DNA of 64,000 bases from an uncultured Acidobacteriota bacterium (GCA_963720545.1 OY970399.1:480001-544000), one strand, 5' to 3'. Counted from the stretch's first letter, positions 19,827 to 28,883 are shown. Notes: a model not told the origin generated them from the letters alone. A program made the numbers and translations.

Positions 19827-19830
19827 CCCT

Positions 19831-20985
19831 CTAGACCCGGACGAGCGGATCGAACAGCTTGCGGTGCTCGTCCTGCGCGAAACGGTCGGTCATGCCGGCG
19901 ATGTAGTCGCAGACCGCGCGGTGCAGGCCGTCCACGGCGATCCGAGCCTGGTAGTGCGGCGGCAGTTGCGCCGGTTCGCCGACGAACGATGCGAACAGGT
20001 CGCGCAGGATGCGTCCCGCCTTGTCGCCCATCCGCACGACGCGGAAATTGCGGTAGAGGTTGTCGTACAGGTACGCCTTCAGTTCCTTGACGTGCGCCGC
20101 CATCTCGGGGGAATAGCCGACGAGCCGCTTGCCCGCCGCCCGCACGTCCGCGACCGATGCCACGCGCTCACGCTCAATGTTGGCAAGGGTCGTGTGCAAC
20201 AGGTCTTCGGTGCAGCGGTTGATGATAGAACGCACGATCTGGTGGCGCTCGATGCGCTCGTCCGTGATGCGCAGTACCGCGATCTTCGTGTGCGCATCGC
20301 GAAACAGGGCGACGCTCATCAACCCGGCGGCGTCGATCATGCCGGACGCGATGCCGTCGTCGATGTCGTGGTTGTTGTAGGCGATCTCGTCCACGAAGTC
20401 GCCGAGCTGCGCCTCGAGCGTGGGGCTTTCCCCCGGCGCGTATTCGCTCGGCGCGGTGGCGTCGGCATCGGGACGGTGTTTGATCATGCCCTCGCGCACT
20501 TCCCAGGTGAGGTTGAGGCCGGGAAAGTCGGGATAGCGGCTCTCGAGCACCTCGAGGATGCGCAGCGTCTGGTGGTTGTGCTCGAAGCCGCCGTGGTCCT
20601 TCATCAGGTCGTCCATCGCCCGCTCGCCGGCGTGGCCAAACGGCGTGTGCCCAAGGTCGTGGCCAAGCACCAGGCACTCGGTGAGCTCTTCGTTCAGTCC
20701 CAGCGCCCGCGCCACGGTGCGGCCGATCTGCGCGCCCTCGAGCGAATGCGTCAGGCGCGTGCGGTAGTTGTCGCCCTCATGGTTGACGAACACCTGGGTC
20801 TTGTACTCGAGGCGCCGGAAAGAGGAGCTGTGGATGACCCGGTCGCGGTCCCGCTGAAAGCGGCTGCGCAGGGGATGCTCGTCCTCGGGATAGCGCCGGC
20901 CGCGGCTCTGCGCGCTGCGCATGGCGTAAGGAGCAAGCTCACGATTCTCGGCTTCTTCGACAGCCTTGCGATCCCAAAGCGGCAT
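19831..20985 (-). CDS. dgt: dGTP triphosphohydrolase (HD family)
   Basis: FQRDRDR, FRRLEYKTQVF, RTRLTHSLE, HDLGHTPFGHAGE, DYIAGMTD. Confidence 0.95.
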   Translation of the reverse strand: MPLWDRKAVEEAENRELAPYAMRSAQSRGRRYPEDEHPLRSRFQRDRDRVIHSSSFRRLEYKTQVFVNHEGDNYRTRLTHSLEGAQIGRTVARALGLNEELTECLVLGHDLGHTPFGHAGERAMDDLMKDHGGFEHNHQTLRILEVLESRYPDFPGLNLTWEVREGMIKHRPDADATAPSEYAPGESPTLEAQLGDFVDEIAYNNHDIDDGIASGMIDAAGLMSVALFRDAHTKIAVLRITDERIERHQIVRSIINRCTEDLLHTTLANIERERVASVADVRAAGKRLVGYSPEMAAHVKELKAYLYDNLYRNFRVVRMGDKAGRILRDLFASFVGEPAQLPPHYQARIAVDGLHRAVCDYIAGMTDRFAQDEHRKLFDPLVRV

Positions 20986-21056
20986 GCAGTAACTTACCGT
21001 GTTCCCGAGAGGTTCCGTCGCTTGCGCTGACCCCGAGGGATCTCGATGTAAGACGC

Positions 21057-21076
21057 GACTGCGTCCAGACGCAGTC
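21057..21076. repeat. Perfect 9-bp inverted repeat upstream of dgt
   Basis: GACTGCGTC-CA-GACGCAGTC. Confidence 0.8.
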
Positions 21077-21133
21077 CATCACATCTGTTGCGGCTCGGGG
21101 AAACGGCGAGCGTTCAGGGGGCGGCTGCCTTGG

Positions 21134-21173
21134 TTGGTGGACCGCGGGGGGATCGAACCCCCGACCTCGTGAT
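21134..21173 (-). repeat. att site: duplicated 3' half of tRNA-Ala
   Basis: 40 bp identical to 24883-24922. Confidence 0.95.
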
Positions 21174-21669
21174 GGGTCGTAACGCATCCTGCGCTTGCGG
21201 CGAGATAGGCGTGCGCTGCCAGTACGACGATTTGTCGCTGTCAGTGTCCGAGGACGTCGTAGAGCGCCACGCCGCGCTGGCCAGTCAGATCGCAGCTGTG
21301 AAAGCCGAGCGTGACGCGATCAGGGCGGAGGTCGGGCAGTTGCAAGCTGAACGTGAGTCTGTTGCGGCGCGACTGCGCGCAGTCGGCAATGCAGTTCCGC
21401 AATGGATCGCGTCTCCGATAGCCGCACCGGCGAGGGTTGACGTGAAATGGGAAGGAACAAAGAGCGTGACGAGCTATAGGTCGGTAGCGTTGGTGACGGA
21501 AGACGCGATCTATGCCGCGATGGAACGCGAAGCGAAGGCGGTGTATCCCAACATGAAACCCGCTGCAGCAATGACGGAGTTCATGAAAACGAAGCGGGGC
21601 AAAGAGCTGTACGACGCCTATAGCGCCGTGGATATTCCAGGCTTCGTCGCGCCGTCGAGCGCGGCGTGA
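21172..21669 (+). CDS. Coiled-coil hypothetical protein, probably a truncated phage-like gene
   Basis: Coiled coil (QIAAVKAERDAIRAEVGQLQAERE) and C-terminal AMTEFMKTKRGKELYDAY; begins at att boundary. Confidence 0.5.
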   Translation: MGRNASCACGEIGVRCQYDDLSLSVSEDVVERHAALASQIAAVKAERDAIRAEVGQLQAERESVAARLRAVGNAVPQWIASPIAAPARVDVKWEGTKSVTSYRSVALVTEDAIYAAMEREAKAVYPNMKPAAAMTEFMKTKRGKELYDAYSAVDIPGFVAPSSAA

Positions 21670-21716
21670 CAGTCGCAAGGATGCTGGGGCACTTGAGAGA
21701 CACAAGCGCTCCGGCA

Positions 21717-21815
21717 GCCCTGACCCAGGGGCGCAACCGCTATCCCTCCTGGAGCAGCGGTTTCGCGGCGGCGAGCGCGGGTGCTCACACCGTGCGCGCC
21801 CCTGGGTTGTGGGGT
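21717..21815. ncRNA. Candidate multibranch structured RNA
   Basis: GACCCAGGGGCGC pairs with GCGCCCCTGGGTT; encloses AACCGCT/AGCGGTT and GAGCGC/GTGCTC hairpins. Confidence 0.35.
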
Positions 21816-22011
21816 CGTGAGAGACGAAGCGTTTTTCCACCCTGCCGCGCTACATGAAGCCAGCGTTCCCGACGGCTGGTGAATCGTGATCCGGTGGACT
21901 CGTTTGGGCATCGGTTATCGTCCTTTTCCTTGACAATTGGACGACCCACTCTACATACTCGCGAACTGTTTCCGGCCCCGCTGTAGCTAGCCGAGCCCAT
22001 TGGAGCTGCCC

Positions 22012-24168
22012 ATGTATACGTATGAGAGGAGCAGGCCAGAGCCTTCGACGAACCGTTGGTTCCGCGGGTGCCTGCCGTCACCCGTTCTGGTGGCTGTCTG
22101 GCTCGCACTTCCCGCGCCCCTGCTCGCCGTCGACCTGACGGTCTTACGCACGAATCACGCGGCGACACTCCTTAACAGCGGCCTGGTCCTGATCACTGGC
22201 GGCGAGAATGAGGGCGGCACGCTCAGCTCGGCAGAGCTCTATGACCCCGTCGGCGGAGCTCTACTGGCCGCGCACCCGATGGTCGTCGCCCGGGCCCACC
22301 AGGCTTCCATCCTGCTGGCGAACGGCCAGGTGCTGATCACTGGTGGTGACCAGGGCAGCACGCTCCTCAAGACCGCCGAGATTTACGACCCGATCACAGG
22401 CGATTTTGCCAGCGTTGGCTCGATGAGGGTGCCGCGATCTCAGCACACCGCAACGCTGTTGCCGGACGGCCGCGTGCTGATCGTGGGGGGCAAGAAAGCA
22501 GATCTCTATGATCCGCAGACACAGAAGTTCACGGCCACCGCCGGCGCGCCGCGAGCGAACCGCAAGAATCACACGGCCACTCTGCTGCCGGACGGCACGG
22601 TGCTGATCAGCGGGGGCTACCTGGGCAACAAGGCCGTCGGCTCGGTCGAGCTGTTCGATCCGGTCACCCAGAGCTTCGTGTTGCTGGCGTCTCAGATGCT
22701 CGTGCCCCGCGCCAATCACGCTGCCACACTATTGCCGAACGGCAGGGTCCTGATCAGCGGAGGCTTTTCCGGGACCAGCCCGCATGACGAGGTCGAGCTG
22801 TATGATCCGGCGTCCAAGACCTTCACGGCCGCCGCCAAGATGATCTTCCACCGCTCGGGGCACCGGCAACTGCTGCTCCCCGACGGACGCGTGCTGGTGA
22901 TCGCTGGCGCGACGCTCGAGAGCGGCTTTCTGGACACGGACGAGGTCTACGATTCCGGCAGCGGAGCGTGGGCTCTTCACAGCACGCTGAGCGAGAACAG
23001 GAGCGGCCATACCGCTACGCTGCTGGCCGACACGACCGTCTTGGTCGCGGGCGGCATAACGGGAGCGCGAACGCTGGGAACTGCCGAGATGCTGGATCCC
23101 TCCACGCCGGGCTCTGCAAGCCTGGGCTCGATGAGGAGCCCGCGCAATCAGCACACCGCGACGCTGTTGGCGGACGGCACGGTGCTGCTGGCGGCGGGCA
23201 GCATCGACACCGCCTTCCAGAAGACCGCCGAAGTCTTCGATCCCGCTACCCAGAGCTTCGCCGACGTTGGGTCATTGTCCGCGGCGAGAAAGAGCCATAC
23301 CGCCAGCCTGCTCGGCGACGGCCGAGTGCTGATCGCGGGTGGCAAGACCTTGACGACCGACCTGAAGTCCGCCGAGCTCTACGATCCTTCGACCAAGACG
23401 TTCGCGACGACGAGCTCGATGCTCGAGAAGCGATCGCTTCACACCGCCACCCTGCTGGATGACGGTCGGGTGCTCCTGGTTGCCGGCCGTCAGGCTGCCA
23501 ACGAGTCCTACACATCCGAGCTGTTCGACCCTGTCGCCAACTCCTTTTCGTATGCCGCTGGACTGCTACACACCAAGCGCAAGCGGCATCGCGCCACGCT
23601 GCTCCCGGGTGGCAGCGTACTCGTCACCGGAGGCGACATCCTCAAGAACGAGGAGACGGTCGGTGCCCGCCGCACGAAGACCGCTGAGCTGTTCGATCCC
23701 GCAAGCGGGCTCTTCAGCAGCGTGCAGGACATGCACAGGGACCGGGCCAGTCACGAAAGCACGCTGCTGCTGGACGGAAGCGTGCTCATCAGCGGTGGCA
23801 ACTCGTCGATCCCGGGCGTCGAGGAGATCTACTCTCCTGCCACTCAGTCGTTCTCGGACGTCGGCCAACTGGGTCAGCAGCGCGCTCGCCACGTGGCCCT
23901 TGTCCTGAATCCCGCCTGGGGGTCTCTCGCGGGCCACGTCCTGATCATCGGAGGCGCCGACCAAGGCGGACTATTCGGCGGGCTGTTCCGGGCGTTCGAC
24001 TCGGTGGAGATCTATGATCCAGAAACCGGCCAGTTCAGCCTGTTTGGCACGATGACCGAGCCACGCTGGGGTCACACTTGCACGCAACTTCCCGACGGGA
24101 GGATCCTCATCGCCGGCGGCGTCGGCCGCCCCTTCGTCAGCGGCACCGCGGAGCTGGTCACTCCCTAA
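22012..24168 (+). CDS. Secreted Kelch-repeat protein (14 repeats)
   Basis: GGAG before ATG 22012; hydrophobic signal VLVAVWLALPAPLLA; 14 RxxHxATLLxxGxVLIxGG units. Confidence 0.92.
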   Translation: MYTYERSRPEPSTNRWFRGCLPSPVLVAVWLALPAPLLAVDLTVLRTNHAATLLNSGLVLITGGENEGGTLSSAELYDPVGGALLAAHPMVVARAHQASILLANGQVLITGGDQGSTLLKTAEIYDPITGDFASVGSMRVPRSQHTATLLPDGRVLIVGGKKADLYDPQTQKFTATAGAPRANRKNHTATLLPDGTVLISGGYLGNKAVGSVELFDPVTQSFVLLASQMLVPRANHAATLLPNGRVLISGGFSGTSPHDEVELYDPASKTFTAAAKMIFHRSGHRQLLLPDGRVLVIAGATLESGFLDTDEVYDSGSGAWALHSTLSENRSGHTATLLADTTVLVAGGITGARTLGTAEMLDPSTPGSASLGSMRSPRNQHTATLLADGTVLLAAGSIDTAFQKTAEVFDPATQSFADVGSLSAARKSHTASLLGDGRVLIAGGKTLTTDLKSAELYDPSTKTFATTSSMLEKRSLHTATLLDDGRVLLVAGRQAANESYTSELFDPVANSFSYAAGLLHTKRKRHRATLLPGGSVLVTGGDILKNEETVGARRTKTAELFDPASGLFSSVQDMHRDRASHESTLLLDGSVLISGGNSSIPGVEEIYSPATQSFSDVGQLGQQRARHVALVLNPAWGSLAGHVLIIGGADQGGLFGGLFRAFDSVEIYDPETGQFSLFGTMTEPRWGHTCTQLPDGRILIAGGVGRPFVSGTAELVTP

Positions 24169-24809
24169 GCTGAAACCGCCTCGCCCGCAGCAACTGAAGT
24201 CGGCGCGCACCATCCACCCGAGACGGCACGAGCGGAATCAAGCAACTTACAAAGCTGGTCACGAAGCTCGCCAAGGACAAAACGCCAACGTCAGTTACTG
24301 CACCCATCACGCAGAACATCACGACCACGCTGGACGTGTCGCATGTTGCTTCCGCAAGCGGCGTTCCTCGAGGAAGTGGACACCCGTTTGGCGCAGGGCA
24401 TGAAGCAAGGCGGTTCTGCGCTTGGCCGTGCGGTCGAAGCGACGATAGATAAGCGCGTCGGCCGCGGCAGGGCCAAGGCGTCCTGGGACGGTGAGACTCT
24501 ACCCGACGCGGTTGGTCCTAGCGGCGACGGTGATCACTCTTAACGATCCCGAACCCTCAGCTACGGTCGTACCGCTTGGCGTAGTTCGCTCGAGTTTCAC
24601 GGACGCGCTTGCTGTTGGTAGCCATCGCACCACCGCCACCACCCATATCTCTTCATGACGGTTGGGTACAGCAGTCACTTCGATGCGGTCAAAAACGCGA
24701 ATAAGTGATAGCCCGACCGGTGTCAGGTCGGCGCGTGCACACGCGATCAGCCAATCGCAAGTTGGTCCATCGTGGTGCGGCTCGGGAGTGTTCTTGGAGC
24801 GACGCTTTT

Positions 24810-24827
24810 TGACACCTATGTGACACC
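24810..24827 (+). repeat. Candidate integrase arm-type sites
   Basis: TGACACC-N4-TGACACC about 55 bp inside the att junction. Confidence 0.5.
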
Positions 24828-24883
24828 CCTGAAGGTGGTCCCAGCGCGACTTGCGTCAAAATACGCCCATTTGCTGGCTGATT

Positions 24884-24959
24884 TGGTGGACCGCGGGGGG
24901 ATCGAACCCCCGACCTCGTGATTGCGAACCACGCGCTCTCCCAGCTGAGCTAGCGGCCC
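24884..24959 (-). tRNA. tRNA-Ala (CGC)
   Basis: GGGCCGCTAGCTCAGCTGGGAGAGCG-CGTGG TTCGCAA TCACG-AGGTCGGGGGTTCGATCCCCCCGCGGTCCACCA; 76 nt, G3:U70, encoded CCA. Confidence 0.98.
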
Positions 24960-25088
24960 AAAGGCGACTTGAAGCGGCAGTTTAGCAGCCGGCTGATGGC
25001 AGCGGCAAACAACGGGCACCGGCTACTGCGTCCGGACGCAGCATACGGCGGTACACTCCATCGTTCGCATCGGTCGAACGGGGCCCTG

Positions 25089-26429
25089 ATGCCCGTGGAA
25101 GAGCAGCATCGCCGAAGCGTGAGCTCACGAGTGGTCCTCGGCTGGAGCCTGGCCCTCGCCCTCCTCATCGTCGCTGCGGCCTTCTCTCCTCGGGTCGTGC
25201 CGTTCGACATGGACGAATTTGTCGCCTATCAGCCCCTCGGATGCCTGACGCACCCCCTGACTCGCGAGGCGAACAGGTTCCGTGAGGCTTGCGGCGAGTA
25301 CGACCTCACGCCGCCACTCGTCGGCCATTCGTTGCCCCTCCGCTCGTATCTGTACATTGGCAGCCTGCCAGCCGTCACGTTTGCTCCGCTGTGGTGGCTG
25401 ATTCGCTCACCCGTCGCCGCTCGTATCCAGGGTGCCTTGCTCCTGGCGGTGGCCGCCGTTCTCATCGCCAGGCTGACGCGCTCCAGGCTGCGCAACGCGG
25501 TGATTGCGTGCCTCTTCTTTCCCCTGCTCGGCATTGCATTCGTCGCCGACACCGGGCCTGTGGGCCTTTCGGTCGTAGCGCTCCTGGCTACGCTCCTGGG
25601 GCTTCGCGCCGCGCTCAACGCCCGGGCACAGCGACAAGCCCTGGCGCTCGCCCTACTCGCAGGAATCGTGGCCTTCTGCGGATTGTGGGTGAAGCTGGTC
25701 TTCGTGTGGTGGATTCCCGCGATCCTCCTCTTCGCGTACTGGCAATCACGAGGGATCGAGAGGAATCGGGCGCTGCGTGTGCTCGCGGTCCTCGGGCTTG
25801 CGGCGGCGCTGCCCTCCTTCTTTCTCATGGTCTCGCGCGACCGGGACGGCTTGCGTTACGCGAATGTAATGCTGAGACGCAGCGTCGGCGAGGAAAAGGT
25901 GCGGCGAACGGTTCGGGCCATGATCGTTGACTTCGTGGATTCGTCGCGGGCAGTGATTCGCGAAGAGGGTATCCAGCACAAGCCGATCGATGGTTTACCG
26001 GCGGTTGCAGGAATCGCTTTCATCATGGCCGGAGCCTTCCGCAGTACCGCCAGAGGTGTTTGGACGCGGCGATGGGCCGTCCTCGCGACGTTAACCATCG
26101 CCCTCATGATCCCGTCACGACCTGTATGGCCGCACCACTTTGCATACGCCCTATTGCTCTTCGTCCTCGCCTTGACGAGCGCTTTCGAAGCCCGCCCAGG
26201 CGCAGCGTGGGTAAGCGTACTCGCCGGCAGCCTCGTGGCGGTCGTGTGCGAAGAGGCAAGGGCCCTTCCCCAGGCGCGACGCTTCGCCGAGGCGCTCGAT
26301 CGGGGCGTGCTCATCATCCGCGCCGGAGAAGAAGACTGGACGGAACACTCCATCGTCATGCGTTCACTGGGTTCGCCGCTGCAAAGGTGGCGGTTCGGGA
26401 ATTGGTCGGCCGTGCGGTACGTCCGATAA
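25089..26429 (+). CDS. Polytopic membrane protein, GT-C-like
   Basis: DMDEF after first TM, YIGSL, DTGPVGL, many TM segments. Confidence 0.65.
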   Translation: MPVEEQHRRSVSSRVVLGWSLALALLIVAAAFSPRVVPFDMDEFVAYQPLGCLTHPLTREANRFREACGEYDLTPPLVGHSLPLRSYLYIGSLPAVTFAPLWWLIRSPVAARIQGALLLAVAAVLIARLTRSRLRNAVIACLFFPLLGIAFVADTGPVGLSVVALLATLLGLRAALNARAQRQALALALLAGIVAFCGLWVKLVFVWWIPAILLFAYWQSRGIERNRALRVLAVLGLAAALPSFFLMVSRDRDGLRYANVMLRRSVGEEKVRRTVRAMIVDFVDSSRAVIREEGIQHKPIDGLPAVAGIAFIMAGAFRSTARGVWTRRWAVLATLTIALMIPSRPVWPHHFAYALLLFVLALTSAFEARPGAAWVSVLAGSLVAVVCEEARALPQARRFAEALDRGVLIIRAGEEDWTEHSIVMRSLGSPLQRWRFGNWSAVRYVR

Positions 26430-26475
26430 GCCGCGGGTTCAGGAAACGCCGCTCGACCGAGACGATTAGGTTGGA

Positions 26476-27426
26476 TCAGTTGTGAGGAAGCAGGTACGTA
26501 ATTCCAATGTTCGCGACTGCTCGTTCCTTCTGAAAGCCATTGAGACGACGCGCCAGCGGCACTTGTATAGCGGCGCGGAGCACCAGGCCGTGTGAAAGGT
26601 TCACGAGGAGCCGTGGCGTGACGTAAAGCAGCGATCCTCCGGTGCTGTCATCAAGGCTCTCCGCATCGACGTGGTCCTTCTGCGCGTGTCTATAGTTCAG
26701 CTCAAGAACGCCATCCACAGAGCTGCCAAGCTTGTGTTCGTACGCGACGTTCGCAAGAAACGTACTGCCATAACGGTAGCCAGACTCGTTTTCCCCGGTG
26801 TGGCGATAGCCTGTCGATGCGAAGACCGCCGAATCCTTGTTGACGAGATAAAGCAGCGCAATGCTGCCAAACACGTCGGTGGAGCCCGTACCCGACTGTG
26901 CGTGTTCGTCGATACGTTCGCCATCCTCCTGCAGGTTGTTTCGACCCCACGGCGTCTTCACGCCCGCGTTCAGTGACAGGGACGCTCGCCGACCAACGCT
27001 TCCCGTCAGCTGTGAAGCCCACAACCTCACCTGTGCATAGATCTCCGGGTCCGAAAACGCCCTGGTCTTGACGATTTCAGGCCCTTCTCCCGGGGAGCTA
27101 CTGGTCTGCTCACGAACGCTGTACGGGACTCGGGCGAAAACAGCAAACCTGTCGTTGAAGCCGTAGGCGATCAACGTGGTAAACCGGTTTTCAACCTGGG
27201 ATTCGGATTCGTCGGCGGGATCGCCTTCGTCCTTGTCGAACCGTTCCCAGTCGAATGCGACACGCCACCCCCGAGCGGCGTAGCCGTCCTTGCCGAGGGC
27301 GTTGAAGGTGGCATCGCCACAGCGACAAATCGAGCACGCAAAGCCCGCGTTGGGAACGAACAGCAGAAACGCCCAGGTCAAGGCAAGAACTGTCAGGCAG
27401 CGAATGCGGCGCTCAGCACGAGACAT
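26476..27426 (-). CDS. Outer-membrane beta-barrel, putative metal-uptake channel with N-terminal CxxCxC
   Basis: Signal peptide then CSICRCGD; QSGTGSTD, GYRYG, amphipathic strands ending IGITYL; GAGGAG RBS. Confidence 0.75.
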   Translation of the reverse strand: MSRAERRIRCLTVLALTWAFLLFVPNAGFACSICRCGDATFNALGKDGYAARGWRVAFDWERFDKDEGDPADESESQVENRFTTLIAYGFNDRFAVFARVPYSVREQTSSSPGEGPEIVKTRAFSDPEIYAQVRLWASQLTGSVGRRASLSLNAGVKTPWGRNNLQEDGERIDEHAQSGTGSTDVFGSIALLYLVNKDSAVFASTGYRHTGENESGYRYGSTFLANVAYEHKLGSSVDGVLELNYRHAQKDHVDAESLDDSTGGSLLYVTPRLLVNLSHGLVLRAAIQVPLARRLNGFQKERAVANIGITYLLPHN

Positions 27427-27582
27427 CGAGCACTCCTCAAGCGCACGCGAGACGGGCCGGATAGGGGCCCAAAGGCGCGAGCGCTATCGCACACGCGTAC
27501 GCACGGTGCGACATTTCAACGGTTGGCTGGCCGAAGTGGCCACGGCGCGTTGATCACGCCCTGGCCGGGACAAGGGACCGTT

Positions 27583-27963
27583 CTAGAGGAGTGCTCTTGG
27601 CGGCTGCGGATCGAGACGCGTATGTCCAGGCTTGACGGCGAGCGAGACCGGCGCTTTCGCCAGGCTCATTTCAAGCAATACGGGTAGGCCGGTTTTCAAC
27701 GGAATGATGTAGTTCGTCGTCGAGGCAAGGCGAGTGACATCGCGATCGTGCCTGCAGTCGCTCTGCATGCCGCACGAACCAGAATCCGTTGATGGCTTGT
27801 GGCAGGCCCTGGCGGCCGGTGCGGTTGACGCTTGACGCTGACATTGGCAGACGTGGCCCTTGCAACCAACCTGCGTCCGCGTCAGAGCGAGTGCAGTGCC
27901 GCTGAACGGGAGCAGAAGCCAAAGCAACAGTATCGATAGTCCGAGAGGCCGACGCTTCGACAT
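27583..27963 (-). CDS. Cys/His-rich exported leader protein ending in DPQPPR (DUF2946/CutF-like)
   Basis: Signal peptide, CKGHVCQC, CH, CGMQSDCRH, C-terminal PQPPR. Confidence 0.65.
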   Translation of the reverse strand: MSKRRPLGLSILLLWLLLPFSGTALALTRTQVGCKGHVCQCQRQASTAPAARACHKPSTDSGSCGMQSDCRHDRDVTRLASTTNYIIPLKTGLPVLLEMSLAKAPVSLAVKPGHTRLDPQPPRALL

Positions 27964-28067
27964 GCCGCTTCCAGTCTACTCACACGCGGCGCGCAAACAG
28001 GAGGACATGTCGTCGTCAATTGGTTCGAGGAACTAAAACGCCTGGTCCCGGCCAAATAACTGCGGCG

Positions 28068-28883
28068 TTATAGAACCTTTCCTGCCAGGACGATTGGGCC
28101 GGTTGGGGCTGGGACGCCTGCCATCGGTTCTACGGATACGGCGAAGGTCTTGACCGACCTGGTTTCGGCGACGCGCCACATGTCGAAGATCGCGGTGCCG
28201 TCGTCTGCGACGGTGAAGGTGCCGGCGGGGACCGGTGCTGCGCTTGCGATCACCCACACCTGATAGCCCATGCCCGGGGCGGGCTTCGGCAGGCCGGCGA
28301 CGGTCACCATCGCTTCGTTGGTGTCCGGGTTCCAGAAGACGCGGGCGCGCGCCACTTCAGCATCCTTCTGGCCGGCGAGCGTTACGACGCGGGCGTCCGG
28401 GTTGGCGAGCAGCGCTTGCAGTTTGGCATCGTGCAACTGGATAGCGCGCAGGCGCCCTTCCGTTTGGGCGAGCTGTGCGGCGAGCCCGTCCGCGCGCGCG
28501 AGTTGGGCGGCGGCGCGGGCGCGCTCGGCTCCGGCGCGTTCGTTGGAGCGCCACAACTGGTAGCCCAGGAGGAGCGCGGCGGCGACCGGCAGCAGCACAA
28601 GCACGCCGCGACTCCGCGGACGGTCGGCGGTGAGCTGCACCACTTCGGGGTCCATGGCTTGTTTCGGGTCGATGGCTCGCAGCAACGCGGCGCGGGCGCG
28701 AGCGTTCGGCTGCGGCTCGGGAAGCTCCAGCGGCAGCCGGTCGCGCACCGCTTCGAATGCGCGCACCTCGGCGCGGCAGTCGGCGCAGCCGGCGGCGTGC
28801 TGCTGGAATTCGAGGCGCTCGTCGACGTCGAGCGTGCCGAGCACGAAGAGCGCCGCCTGTTCGGTGTAGCGGTCAGCGCTCAT
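28068..28883 (-). CDS. Anti-sigma-K factor RskA-like
   Basis: HAAGCADC, TM helix, LPKPAPGMGYQVW, FAVSVEP...PTGPIV. Confidence 0.9.
   Translation of the reverse strand: MSADRYTEQAALFVLGTLDVDERLEFQQHAAGCADCRAEVRAFEAVRDRLPLELPEPQPNARARAALLRAIDPKQAMDPEVVQLTADRPRSRGVLVLLPVAAALLLGYQLWRSNERAGAERARAAAQLARADGLAAQLAQTEGRLRAIQLHDAKLQALLANPDARVVTLAGQKDAEVARARVFWNPDTNEAMVTVAGLPKPAPGMGYQVWVIASAAPVPAGTFTVADDGTAIFDMWRVAETRSVKTFAVSVEPMAGVPAPTGPIVLAGKVL

Larger units (their letters stand above)
21134..24922. mobile_element. Decayed tRNA-Ala-integrated genomic island / prophage remnant
   Basis: Flanked by 40-bp direct repeats of tRNA 3' end; no intact integrase visible; ORF fragments at both ends. Confidence 0.85.

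Noticed and set aside
21134..21173. Apparent second tRNA gene
   Set aside because: Only the 3' half is present, with no D-arm or anticodon; treated as an att repeat
22140..24130. ~150-bp periodicity that could suggest CRISPR or DGR repeats
   Set aside because: Degenerate protein-level Kelch repeats; no identical DNA repeats, cas or reverse transcriptase genes
24544..24882. Possible integrase next to the tRNA
   Set aside because: No long ORF and no tyrosine- or serine-recombinase motifs recognisable
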